Positions 37,326 through 46,597 of a stretch of 53,257 bases of DNA are shown piece after piece. Position numbers and translations under genes: made by a program. A model generated the notes under the pieces. That model saw nothing but the letters and a program-made list of their open reading frames with translations, searched no databases and was not told where the DNA came from. This DNA comes from Myxococcota bacterium. Lineage in GTDB: Bacteria > Myxococcota_A > Polyangia > Polyangiales > Sandaracinaceae. The stretch is taken from contig JAYZQJ010000001.1 of NCBI GenBank assembly GCA_036149055.1, forward strand, positions 1 through 53,257, in the 5' to 3' direction. Within the stretch, counting starts at the first letter, position 1; the number at the start of each line of letters is the position of its first letter.

Positions 37326-37859
37326 TCAGCGGATGTGGGTGACGTACCAGCGGGGGCCCCAGTTGATGAGCGTGCGCAGCTCGAAGCGGCGCTCGTCGTC
37401 GTCGACGCGGTAGTAGATCCAGTCGTGGCGCGAGGCCCAGTAGGGGATCGCGTTCGCCTCCTGGCGGCGCTCCACCCAGCCCCCGCGGCGGGTCATCACC
37501 AGGCGATCGAACACCGCGCCTTCGGGGATCTCCGCGTGCAGCGCGTGGATGTCCCGCTCGTAGTGGTGCAGCAGCACCTCCCAGTAGCGGCGAGGCTCCG
37601 CGATGCCCTTGAGCACCATGAAGGGCTCGAGCGGGAAGAAGAAGTCGCGCGCCAGCGCCGGGTCGTCGGCGAGGATGGCGGCGAAGAGCTGACCGGCGCG
37701 GGCCTCGGCGTCGCCGGGCGGAGGGCGGCGGTCCGGCGGATCGCGCCAGTCGTTCTCGGGCGGGATCTCGATCCGAGGAGGCTGGGCGAAGGCGCTCGCG
37801 CTCAGGCAGGCGAGGGCGAGGGCGACGAGGGCGCGCCGGATCATTCGACGACTCCTCAT
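37326..37859 (-). CDS. Secreted hypothetical protein, translationally coupled to the esterase-like lipoprotein gene
   Basis: Signal peptide ...SASAFAQ; aromatic-rich body (FFFP, YW, WYVTH); ATGA overlap; alternative start at 37844. Confidence 0.72.
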   Translation of the reverse strand: MRSRRMIRRALVALALACLSASAFAQPPRIEIPPENDWRDPPDRRPPPGDAEARAGQLFAAILADDPALARDFFFPLEPFMVLKGIAEPRRYWEVLLHHYERDIHALHAEIPEGAVFDRLVMTRRGGWVERRQEANAIPYWASRHDWIYYRVDDDERRFELRTLINWGPRWYVTHIR

Positions 37860-40699
37860 TCGACGACCTGAAAGGACTCCGGGCTCCGGGTCCGGTACTC
37901 GGCGTCGACGTGCGACATGAGGTCGAGCAGGAAGGTCTGCATCTGCGCGCCGCCCGGCACCTCCTCGGGCGCGTCGGTGTAGAAGGTGCCGCGCAGGCAC
38001 TCGTTGCCCCGGCAGCGGCCGTCCGGGAAGACCAGGATCATCTTCTGCATCCGGCGCGAGCTGCCCACCCGCGGCGTGTTCATGTCGGCCCACATCAGCA
38101 GCCCGAGCGCGACGAGATCTTCGGGGGACATGCCGTAGCCGTGGAGGAAGTAGACGACCGGGTAGCGGCGGCCCTGGTTCTCCTCGAGGAAGTAGCCGGG
38201 CGGCAGCACCATCGAGACCGGGCCGGTCCGGCCGGTGGTGGCGGTGAAGTCGAAGACGAAGGTGTTGACGTAGCCGCACTGCTCGCGGTCGTTCTCGGCG
38301 CAGATCCGGTCCCGGGTGACCCGGTCGCGGTCGCCGTCGGGCCAGCGCGCGTCCATCATCATCAGCCCCGCGCGGAGCCGATCGATGAGCTGGCTGCTCG
38401 TGCCTACGTGGCCGCCGTCGCCGGCCTCGATGAAGCGCGGGTCGATGTCCGGGTCGCCGTAGCGCACCATCGCCGCGCGGCCGACGTCCTGCCAGGGCAC
38501 GTCGAAGTAGTCGAGCTCCAGGCGCCCGTCCATGTGCAAGGCGGCGTGCCCGTTGTAGTAGCGGACCGGGAAGCCGCGGGCGGCCCAGCCGGCGGTCGTG
38601 ACGTTGGCCATCACCACCCAGTTGAACAGGTCGCGGATGCCGCCGTCGGCGAAGAGGTCGACGTCGCGCAGGGTCTCGAGGTCCATGCGCTCGGCCAGCC
38701 AGCGCGGCGACGACTCGATCATGCGCTGCGCGCCGCGGGCCCGGTCGAAGCAGCCGTTGCCTTCGCCGATGTCGAAGCCGCCGCCGGGGAGATCGGCGGT
38801 GGGCGCGAGCTGGCGGGTGCCGAGCATGCCGTCGAGCCCGACGTCGAGGAAGGCCTCGGCCACGCCCGGGGCGCCGGCGGTGCACGGATCGCCGCCCACC
38901 ACGTCCCGGGTCCAGTTCCCCTCGGTGCCGGTCGGGTTGTACTGGAAGTGGAAGTCGTCGCCCGCCGGGTCCGGGTTGGTGATCGGATCGTAGGGCGTGC
39001 CGTCCGCGCTGACCTCGCTCTCGCTGGGCACGCCGTCGAGGCCGAAGTCGTCGAAGGGCTCGCGGCCGTTGCGGATGACCGGCTCGCCCGCGTCGCGCAC
39101 CCCGTTGGCGTTCACGTCGACCGCGAGCACGACCTCGATCGGCATCCCGTGCCCGCCGTCCGGGTTCCAGCGGCCGATGTCCCCCGGCACCTCGCCGCCG
39201 TCGCAGAAGGTGATGACCGGGTGCTGCCCTTCGGGGTTGAACTCGTCGTCGAAGAAGCCCGCGCCCTCGCTGCCGCTGAGGAGGTCGCCGGTCCCGTCGA
39301 AGGGCGGGATGACGATCTGGGCGTCCGGCGCGCAGCGGGCGCTCGCGGGCATGCCGCGCACCTCGTCCGGCACACCCGGCGGGGTCACGCTCGGCTCGCT
39401 CGGGTCCGCGGTGCGGTCGTAGTTCGGGTTGCCGAACATCGTCGCGAGGTCGCGGAAGATCGAGATGTAGTCGGTGCGGTTGAAGGTGCCGCCCTGGCCC
39501 TCGTAGCCGTCCTCGTACCACCAGTGCTCGAAGGTCTGCGGGTGCTCGTGGATGTGCTCGACCGGCGGCGTCCGGGCCAGCGACGCGCCCTCCGCGCAGC
39601 CCTCCGGGTCGGCCTGCCGCTCCGCCTCGGTGCAGAAGCCCGCCACGTGGAAGTTCCGGATGTGCTCGAGCATGAACGTCCAGTCGGTCGGCCCCCCGAG
39701 GGGCGCGACGAAGTCGAACAGCTCGGGGTTGCCGAGGCCGATCCGGCCCGAGCCGCTGCCGCCCATCGAGAAGCCGAGGATGCCGCGGAACACGAACTCG
39801 CGATCTCGCACCGTGGGCGCGTCGGTCCGGACGACCGCCTGGTAGGTGCCGAGGCGCGCCATCTCGAAGGTCAGGGTGCCGACGCCGGCCGAGCCCTCGA
39901 AGCGGGGGCTCGCGATGCCGACGAGCCGGCCCTCCTCCATGTGGGCGCCGCGCCACACGACCTCGACGTGGGCGAGCCCCGCGCCGCTCGGGAGCCGCGC
40001 GGTCGAGACGGGGATCGTCAGCGGGATCTCGCGGGCCAGGACGGTGTGCGCCGGCCCGAAGGTCACCGCCGGGCCGAGGGCCAGGTAGCCGTCGGGGGTG
40101 AGGTCCTCCGCGCACGCGATCGTCACGTCGAGCGGGTCCACGTGGTAGCGGTCGTCCCGGGCCGCGCCCTCGGGCACCGCGAGCGCCGCGCCGGCGAGGG
40201 TGCCGCCGTCGACCGTCAGCGCCTCGGCCGGGGCCACCGTCCCCGACGCCTCGCCTTCGCAGGCGGGCAGCGGCGCGTCCTCGATCACCACGACCTCGAG
40301 GGCCGCGCTGACCTCGTCGCCGTCCTCGTAGGTCGCGCGGGCGGTCAGGGTCACGGTGCCCGCGCTCAGCCCGCGCAGGCGGAGATCCACCCGGTCACGC
40401 CCGACCGGGATCATCGCCTCGGCCGGCGCCTCGACCACGCCGTCGGCGCTCGCCTCGAGCGCGAGCGTGGCCCCCGGGAGGCAGTCCTTGTCGAAGCGCA
40501 GGTGCACCGCGCGCTCCGCGCCGACCGTCATGCCCACCGAGGGGCGCGACCAGCGCAGCTCCGGGAACGGGATGGTCCCGCAGGCCTGCACCTCCTCGGG
40601 GCCCGCGTCGCCGGGGCCTCCGTCGAGGGCGGGCGCCCCGTCGTCGCAGGCGACGAGCGAGAGCAGGAGGGCGAGCGGGAGGAGGCGAGTGAAGCGCAT
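37856..40699 (-). CDS. Large lipoprotein with an apparently circularly permuted esterase (alpha/beta-hydrolase) domain
   Basis: Lipobox LVAC; nucleophile elbow GFSMGG near aa 310; YPVVYFLHGYG...ILVFPDG...VDAEYRT at the extreme C-terminus; DxxxDG Ca-binding-like motifs between. Confidence 0.75.
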   Translation of the reverse strand: MRFTRLLPLALLLSLVACDDGAPALDGGPGDAGPEEVQACGTIPFPELRWSRPSVGMTVGAERAVHLRFDKDCLPGATLALEASADGVVEAPAEAMIPVGRDRVDLRLRGLSAGTVTLTARATYEDGDEVSAALEVVVIEDAPLPACEGEASGTVAPAEALTVDGGTLAGAALAVPEGAARDDRYHVDPLDVTIACAEDLTPDGYLALGPAVTFGPAHTVLAREIPLTIPVSTARLPSGAGLAHVEVVWRGAHMEEGRLVGIASPRFEGSAGVGTLTFEMARLGTYQAVVRTDAPTVRDREFVFRGILGFSMGGSGSGRIGLGNPELFDFVAPLGGPTDWTFMLEHIRNFHVAGFCTEAERQADPEGCAEGASLARTPPVEHIHEHPQTFEHWWYEDGYEGQGGTFNRTDYISIFRDLATMFGNPNYDRTADPSEPSVTPPGVPDEVRGMPASARCAPDAQIVIPPFDGTGDLLSGSEGAGFFDDEFNPEGQHPVITFCDGGEVPGDIGRWNPDGGHGMPIEVVLAVDVNANGVRDAGEPVIRNGREPFDDFGLDGVPSESEVSADGTPYDPITNPDPAGDDFHFQYNPTGTEGNWTRDVVGGDPCTAGAPGVAEAFLDVGLDGMLGTRQLAPTADLPGGGFDIGEGNGCFDRARGAQRMIESSPRWLAERMDLETLRDVDLFADGGIRDLFNWVVMANVTTAGWAARGFPVRYYNGHAALHMDGRLELDYFDVPWQDVGRAAMVRYGDPDIDPRFIEAGDGGHVGTSSQLIDRLRAGLMMMDARWPDGDRDRVTRDRICAENDREQCGYVNTFVFDFTATTGRTGPVSMVLPPGYFLEENQGRRYPVVYFLHGYGMSPEDLVALGLLMWADMNTPRVGSSRRMQKMILVFPDGRCRGNECLRGTFYTDAPEEVPGGAQMQTFLLDLMSHVDAEYRTRSPESFQVVE

Positions 40700-40805
40700 C
40701 GGGAGGGAGAATAGCGAGATTGGCCCGACCGATCGCGCGCCGGGCCCCGAAAGGCGCGCCGGCCCCCGTCGGTAAGGGTCGTGTCAGGCCTGCGCACGAC
40801 CGCGG

Positions 40806-41780
40806 TCAGCGCCAGCGGGCGTCGCCGCCCAGAGGGCTGACCTCCCCCGCGAGGACGGGGCCGTGCGCCTCGAAGAGCGAGATCACGTACTCCCAGAGCG
40901 CTCGCACCCGCGCGACGCGGCGCAGGTCACCCGGCATGAGGAGCCACGTGTCGCGCTGGTCCTCGACCTCCGAGACGCGCACGACGCCGGCCTCGTACAC
41001 GCTGGGGAAGCAAGGCAGCATGCACAGGCCGAACCCTGCGCTGCAGGCCGCGTGCATGGTGGCCACGCTGTCGGTGCGGAGCGAGGCGCGGAGCTGCGGG
41101 GCCACCTCGAGCGCCCACGAGGAGCCGGGCAGGTAGAGGGCGTCGCCCTGGGGGAGCACCGCAGCGTGCCCCGCGACCTCGCGGATGTTCGAAGGCACGC
41201 CGTGGCGCGCCAGATAGGCCTCGGACGCGAAGACCGCGAACGCGATCGGGCCGACGCGCCGGGTCACCACATCGACGTGAGCGAGGGCCTCGACGCCCGG
41301 GCCAGCCCCCGGGGCGCGGTGGCGGACGACGACGTCGACCTGCCCGAGGGTGAGGTCGACCATCGCGTCGCCGGTGCTCAGCTCGAGCTCGATCTCGGGG
41401 TGCCGCTGGCGGAACTCGCCGAGGCGCGCGACGAGGAAGTTCGCGGCGAGGTTCTGGGTGCAGTTCAGGCGCACCCGACCGGCGAGCTTGGCGTCTCCCC
41501 CGGCCACCCGCCGCTGGATCCGCAGGACCTGCCGCTCGATCAGCTCGGCCGGCTCGCGCATGCGCTCGGCCGCGGCGGTGGGCACGAGGCCGTCGCGGGT
41601 CCGGCTGAAGAGCTGGGCCCCGACGCTCGACTCCAGCGACGCGAGGCGTCGCGCCGTCGTGGTGGCGTTGACCCCGATGCGTCGCGCCGCGCCCGCGAAG
41701 GTGCCCTCGCGGAGGAGCGCGAGGAACACCCTCAGATCATCCCAGCTCGGCTCCTGAGCCTGCGATTCTGCAGGGGGCAC
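40806..41780 (-). CDS. LysR-family transcriptional regulator
   Basis: WDDLRVFLAL..EGTF..AA..IGV...T..RRL..LE..VG..LF.R HTH, plus substrate-binding domain; start approximate. Confidence 0.92.
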   Translation of the reverse strand: MPPAESQAQEPSWDDLRVFLALLREGTFAGAARRIGVNATTTARRLASLESSVGAQLFSRTRDGLVPTAAAERMREPAELIERQVLRIQRRVAGGDAKLAGRVRLNCTQNLAANFLVARLGEFRQRHPEIELELSTGDAMVDLTLGQVDVVVRHRAPGAGPGVEALAHVDVVTRRVGPIAFAVFASEAYLARHGVPSNIREVAGHAAVLPQGDALYLPGSSWALEVAPQLRASLRTDSVATMHAACSAGFGLCMLPCFPSVYEAGVVRVSEVEDQRDTWLLMPGDLRRVARVRALWEYVISLFEAHGPVLAGEVSPLGGDARWR

Positions 41781-41781
41781 C

Positions 41782-41795
41782 TGCGAATCTTCGCA
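41782..41795. promoter_or_regulatory. Dyad in the LysR/methyltransferase divergent gap (operator candidate)
   Basis: TGCGAA-TC-TTCGCA. Confidence 0.45.
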
Positions 41796-41855
41796 TTGAG
41801 GCTGCGGACATGCACGCCGCATGGTGAGCACATGCATCTCACGGGGAGGAACACG

Positions 41856-42953
41856 ATGACCGAGCAGACCACCACGAGGCCCACCAGCACGACGCCCACC
41901 AGCACGACGAGCCCCAGCACGACGAGCCCCCTTCGGGCGCCGAGCCCGGACCACATCATGCAGACCGCGACCGCCTTCTGGGCGTCCAAGACGCTGCTCA
42001 CGGCGGTCGAGCTCGACCTCTTCACCCGGCTGGGTGACGGCCCGCTCACCGCCTCCCGGATCGGCGAGGCGCTGGGGCTCCACCCTCGCGGCACGCTCGA
42101 CTTCCTCGACGCCCTGGTCGCGCTGCGTTTCCTCGAGCGCGAGGGAGACGGCCCCGACGCGCGCTACGCCAACACGCCGGAGACCGCCGCGTTCCTGGAC
42201 GCGCGGAGCCCCACCTGCATCGGCGGCATGCCGAAGATGCTCAACTCGCGCCTGTTCGGGTTCTGGAACCACCTGGGGGAGGCGCTCCGGACCGGCAAGC
42301 CCCAGAACGAGACCCGCGGCGGGGGGCGTCCGATGTTCGAGGAGCTCTACGCGGACGAGGCTCGCCTCGGCGAGTTCCTCGAGGCGATGACCGGCTTCCA
42401 GGCGGGCAACTTCGCGCTCCTCGCGGAGCGGTTCGACTTCTCGCGCTACGCCACGGTGGCGGACGTCGGCGGCGCGCTCGGGCTCCTCTCCCGCCTGGTG
42501 GGCGCGCGGCACCCGCACCTCTCGTTCACCACCTTCGATCTGCCGCCGGTGGCGCCGCTCGCGCGCCGCGCGATCGCGGACGCGGGCATGACCGACCGCG
42601 TCGAGGTGGTGTCGGGAGACTTCTTCGTCGACCCGCTGCCCCGCGCCGACGTGATCACGATGGGCAACATCCTCCACGACTGGAACCTGGAGAAGAAGCG
42701 CGCGCTGATCCGGAAGGCGTACGACGCGCTGCCCGAGGGCGGCGCGTTCATCGCCATCGAGAACCTGATCGACGACGCGCGCCGCGAGAACGCCTTCGGG
42801 CTCCTGATGTCGCTCAACATGCTCATCGAGTTCGGCGACGCCTTCGACTACACCGGCGCCGACTTCCGGTCGTGGTGCGGAGAGGTCGGCTTCCGCTCCT
42901 TCGAGGTCCTGCCCCTCGCGGGCCCGACGAGCGCCGCGATCGCCTACAAGTAG
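41856..42953 (+). CDS. SAM-dependent O-methyltransferase (dimerisation domain plus Methyltransf_2)
   Basis: GGAGGA RBS; VADVGGALG, GDFF, GNILHDW; N-terminal Thr/Ser/Pro repeat encoded by a 15-nt tandem. Confidence 0.9.
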   Translation: MTEQTTTRPTSTTPTSTTSPSTTSPLRAPSPDHIMQTATAFWASKTLLTAVELDLFTRLGDGPLTASRIGEALGLHPRGTLDFLDALVALRFLEREGDGPDARYANTPETAAFLDARSPTCIGGMPKMLNSRLFGFWNHLGEALRTGKPQNETRGGGRPMFEELYADEARLGEFLEAMTGFQAGNFALLAERFDFSRYATVADVGGALGLLSRLVGARHPHLSFTTFDLPPVAPLARRAIADAGMTDRVEVVSGDFFVDPLPRADVITMGNILHDWNLEKKRALIRKAYDALPEGGAFIAIENLIDDARRENAFGLLMSLNMLIEFGDAFDYTGADFRSWCGEVGFRSFEVLPLAGPTSAAIAYK

Positions 42954-43009
42954 CCGCGCGTGACTTTCCGGCTCGACGGAACGACCCTCTCTCTCTGGAG
43001 GAGGAGCTC

Positions 43010-43942
43010 GTGGAGTCGGCGTCCGCCTACACCGACGCGCTGAACGCGCACGTCACCGCCGCGATGGGCGCGATCGCGCTGACCGCGCTCGGGCTGACGC
43101 TCGTGGTGGTGTTCGCGGCCGCGCGCCGCGGGCGAGGGGGGGCGGGGCGCTTCGTGTGGGCGCCGCTCGCGATCTCGCCGTTCGCGCTCTTCCTGTGCGA
43201 CCCGCCTCCGCTGGCCCCTCCTCTGCTGCCCCCTCCCGTGGGAGCGGAGCCGGTCGAGATCCGCGCCCGCGCCCAGCGGTGGCGCTGGGAGTTCGAGCAG
43301 CCCAACGGGATGACGGACGGGGCCCTCGTCGTGCCGGCGCGGCGGCCGGTGCACCTCGTGATCGAGAGCGCCGACGGCGCCCTCCACTCGTTCCAGGTGC
43401 CCGCGCTCGGGATCCGGGCCGCGGTGGTGCCCGGCGGGGAGACGCACGTGCGCTTCATGGCCGATCGCGAGGGCCGCTGGGGCATCGGGTGTGGGGAGCT
43501 CTGCGGGAGCGGCCACTCGCGCATGCTCTCCGAGCTGGTCGCGGTGCCCTACGACGACTGGTCGAATCCGCTGAGCTGCCGAGGCCTGCTGCCGCCCGAC
43601 CTCGACATCGTCGAGACGGGAGAGCGGCTGTTCGAGTCGAACGGCTGCCCCGCCTGCCACGCGATCGAGACCGACGAGGTGCTCGTCGGGCCGTCGCTCC
43701 GCGACATCGCGTTCCGGGACCGGCCGCTCGAGGACGGGGTCGCGCTGGCCGACGTCGAGTACCTGAGGGCCGCCATCCTCACCCCGCAGCGCGACGTGTC
43801 GCGGGGCTTCGACCACGTGACCATGCCCGCCTACCACCTGCCCGAGTCTCAGGTGGACGCGCTCGTGGCCTATCTGCTGGCGGCCTCGAGCCAGCCGGAG
43901 ATCCGGGCGCGGTCGCGGAAGCTGTACCCGGCTCCGTATTGA
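43010..43942 (+). CDS. Cytochrome c oxidase subunit II-like protein (CuA domain plus cytochrome c), orphan
   Basis: AQRWRWEF, HSF, CGELCGSGHSRM (CuA ligands), CPACH heme motif, TMP; no subunit I gene nearby. Confidence 0.8.
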   Translation: MESASAYTDALNAHVTAAMGAIALTALGLTLVVVFAAARRGRGGAGRFVWAPLAISPFALFLCDPPPLAPPLLPPPVGAEPVEIRARAQRWRWEFEQPNGMTDGALVVPARRPVHLVIESADGALHSFQVPALGIRAAVVPGGETHVRFMADREGRWGIGCGELCGSGHSRMLSELVAVPYDDWSNPLSCRGLLPPDLDIVETGERLFESNGCPACHAIETDEVLVGPSLRDIAFRDRPLEDGVALADVEYLRAAILTPQRDVSRGFDHVTMPAYHLPESQVDALVAYLLAASSQPEIRARSRKLYPAPY

Positions 43943-43964
43943 GGGGCCTTTTCTGGCGCTCCCC

Positions 43965-43994
43965 GGGCACGGGCACGGGCACGGGCAGGGGCAC
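43965..43994. repeat. (GGGCAC)5 hexamer tandem repeat between convergent genes
   Basis: gggcac gggcac gggcac gggcag gggcac. Confidence 0.8.
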
Positions 43995-44022
43995 GGGGCG
44001 GCCTGTCGCCGCTTCGCGGCGG

Positions 44023-46137
44023 TCAGGCCGCGTCGAGCGAGGTGCACACGCGGTTGCGGCCGGAGCGCTTGGCCGCGTAGAGCGCGTTGTCGGTGATCTT
44101 GAAGAGCGCCTCGGGGGTCTTCGCGTCCTGCGGGAAGGTCGCCACGCCGACCGAGCACTTGACGCTCAGCTTGCCGAGCTCGGTGTTGAAGACCGTCTCG
44201 CCGAGCTCCTCGCGGATGCGCTCGGCCAGCGTCACCGCGCCCTCGGTGTCGGTCTCCTCGCAGAGCACGCAGAACTCCTCGCCGCCGAAGCGCGCGACCG
44301 CGTCGGTGTCGCGCTTCACCCGGTTGAGGATCGCGCCGAGCTCCTTGATCACCACGTCGCCCACGTCGTGCCCGTAGGTGTCGTTGACGCTCTTGAAGTG
44401 GTCGATGTCGGTGACGAGCAGCGAGAGCTTGCGGCCGAAGCGGTCGGCGCTCTTGAGCTTCGCGTCGAGCTCCTCGAGGAACGCGCGCTTGTTCAGGCAG
44501 CCGGTCAGGCCGTCGGTCGTCGCCATCTCCTCGAGCCGCCGCACCGCCGCCGCGTTGCTCATCGCCACCGCGAGCTGGTTGGCGAGCACCTGGAGGGTGG
44601 GCCGGACCGCGTCGTTGAAGGCGTCGCGGCGGTGGGCGGCCAGCGCCAGCGTGCCGATCGCGTCCTCGCGCACGATGAGCGGCAGGATGAGGAGCGACGA
44701 CATCTCCTTGAGGTTCGCGCGCTTCGTGTAGACGACCTGCTGCCGGGCGTCGAACTCGCCGCGGTAGGGGAGGTAGTGCCGGTTCTTCACCGCCATCGCG
44801 GTGAGGGAGGTGTTGTCGCGGAAGGTGAGCTTCGCGAAGCGCTCGGCGTCCTCGCCGACCGCCTTGCGCACCGAGTGGCGCTTGGCGTCGGGGTCGTAGA
44901 GGGTGATCGCCGCGAAGTCGTAGGGCGCGATGTCCCCGGCCGCGCCGAGCCCGGCGTCGATGACCTGGTCCTCGGTGAGCGCCTCGCCGAGGGTCTGGGA
45001 CGCACGGTAGAGGTGGGTCTGCTCGCGCTTGCTGCGCTCGAGCTGCACGAACACCCGCTCGTTCTGGATGGCCCGCAGCACCTGCGCGACCGCGCCGCTG
45101 AGGACCTCCTCCTCCTGCGGCGTGAACGGGCGCGCCCCGAGCCGGTCGGCGCAGAGCGCGCCCTGCACGTTGCCGCCCTCCTGGACCGGCACGCCGAGGA
45201 AGGTCTTCACGAGCGCGCCGTTCTGGTAGTAGCAGAGCCCCTTGTAACCCGGCTTGAGGTTCTCGAGGTTCATCGTCAGGCCGCGGCTCGCGACCGCGCC
45301 GACCGCGCCCTCGCCGGCCGAGAAGGGCCCCTCGGCGACGTCGTCCGAGTCGGTGGCGAGCTCGACGATGCGGAGCTTGCCCACGTCGTCCTTCATGAAG
45401 AGCACGCAGGTGTGCAGCTCGAGCGTGCGCTTCAGCAGATCGAGCACGTGGTAGAGCGCGTCGTGCACCTGCTCGAGGCTCGAGCGGAAGACCTTGTCCT
45501 CGGCCTGGGCGGAGGCGTCGCTGCTCGCCGCGCCGACGAGGCGGAAGAGGCGGCTCTCCTCCCGGACCTTCTCGCGCTCCTGGTCGAGCTCCTTCTTGCT
45601 GCGCTCGCGGACCCGGGCGATCTCGGCCCGGGTGAAGACCACGTTGAGCGCGCCGAAGAGCACGATGAACACGCCGTGCAGGGCGAAGCGCTCCCAGTCG
45701 GCGCGCGCCTCGGTCACCCACCAGAGCGCCGCCTCGAAGGCGAGCGCGAAGAGCACCAGGGTGGTGCCCATCGGGCTCCGGGCGAACGAGGCGAGGAACG
45801 CCACGAGCACGTAGATCGCGGGGTAGACCGGGCCCTCGAGCCCGCCCCCGAGCTGCACCCCGGCGTGGGCGGCGATCAGCATCAGCACGCCGAGCTCGAG
45901 GTCGAGCCACTTGCCGTCCTCCGCGCCGGGCTTCTCGCGGGCGCGCTTGGCGGCGCGCACCCCGAAGATCGACAGCCAGGCGAGCCCGACGGCGCCGTGC
46001 TCGAGCCCGAGCGACTCCGGGTCCACCAGGAAGACGCCGAGGAGCACGAGCACGCCGAAGGCCGCCGCGGCGACGAAGCCGAAGGAGGCCCGCGCGGTCT
46101 TGCGGATGGTGAGCGCAGCGTGGACGAGGGACGACAC
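44023..46137 (-). CDS. Membrane-anchored diguanylate cyclase (TM region, two GAF domains, GGDEF)
   Basis: About six TM helices; two GAF-like regions; DIDHFKSVNDTYGHDVGD, RDTD I-site, ARFGGEEF, AKRSGRN. Confidence 0.93.
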   Translation of the reverse strand: MSSLVHAALTIRKTARASFGFVAAAAFGVLVLLGVFLVDPESLGLEHGAVGLAWLSIFGVRAAKRAREKPGAEDGKWLDLELGVLMLIAAHAGVQLGGGLEGPVYPAIYVLVAFLASFARSPMGTTLVLFALAFEAALWWVTEARADWERFALHGVFIVLFGALNVVFTRAEIARVRERSKKELDQEREKVREESRLFRLVGAASSDASAQAEDKVFRSSLEQVHDALYHVLDLLKRTLELHTCVLFMKDDVGKLRIVELATDSDDVAEGPFSAGEGAVGAVASRGLTMNLENLKPGYKGLCYYQNGALVKTFLGVPVQEGGNVQGALCADRLGARPFTPQEEEVLSGAVAQVLRAIQNERVFVQLERSKREQTHLYRASQTLGEALTEDQVIDAGLGAAGDIAPYDFAAITLYDPDAKRHSVRKAVGEDAERFAKLTFRDNTSLTAMAVKNRHYLPYRGEFDARQQVVYTKRANLKEMSSLLILPLIVREDAIGTLALAAHRRDAFNDAVRPTLQVLANQLAVAMSNAAAVRRLEEMATTDGLTGCLNKRAFLEELDAKLKSADRFGRKLSLLVTDIDHFKSVNDTYGHDVGDVVIKELGAILNRVKRDTDAVARFGGEEFCVLCEETDTEGAVTLAERIREELGETVFNTELGKLSVKCSVGVATFPQDAKTPEALFKITDNALYAAKRSGRNRVCTSLDAA

Positions 46138-46241
46138 GGCGGTACCCCATCCGGTAACGGATCGCGGCGTCGGTGGTCAAAAAAGCGGGCGCCCCCAAAA
46201 TCTGGACGGATCACGCCCGAGCTGGCCAGAGTGGGCGGCCC

Positions 46242-46535
46242 GTGTCCCGACTCGGAAGCGCCTTCGCCTGGATGCTGCCCTTCGGCCTCTTGATCGTCTC
46301 GATCGTGAGCGTGCCGCTGGCGATCCTCGACGACGAGGGCCTGCCCCGCTACCGCGCGCTCAAGGCCGAGCGCGCCGAGGTCGAGCGGGTCAACGGCCGC
46401 CTCCGCCGCGACGTCGAGCAGCTCCACCGCGAGGTCGAGGCCCTCCGCACCGACCCCGAGACCATCGAGCGCATCGCCCGCGACGAGCTCGGCATGATCC
46501 GCGACGACGAGCTCCTCTTCCAGTTCCCCGAATAG
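46242..46535 (+). CDS. ftsB: Septum formation initiator FtsB/DivIC
   Basis: Single TM helix, GL motif, coiled coil, IERIARDELGMIRDDE; start approximate. Confidence 0.85.
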   Translation: MSRLGSAFAWMLPFGLLIVSIVSVPLAILDDEGLPRYRALKAERAEVERVNGRLRRDVEQLHREVEALRTDPETIERIARDELGMIRDDELLFQFPE

Positions 46536-46544
46536 CCAGCCTCG

Positions 46545-46595
46545 GCCTCGGCCGCTGCGACTTCCTGGAATCGAGGAAGGCGGGAATCGAGGAAG
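46545..46595 (-). repeat. Diverged solo copy of the 22-kb array core
   Basis: Reverse complement CTTCCTCGATTCCCGCCTTCCTCGATTCCAGGAAGTCGCAGCGGCCGAGGC matches array unit 5 at 42/51 positions by manual alignment. Confidence 0.75.
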
Positions 46596-46597
46596 AA

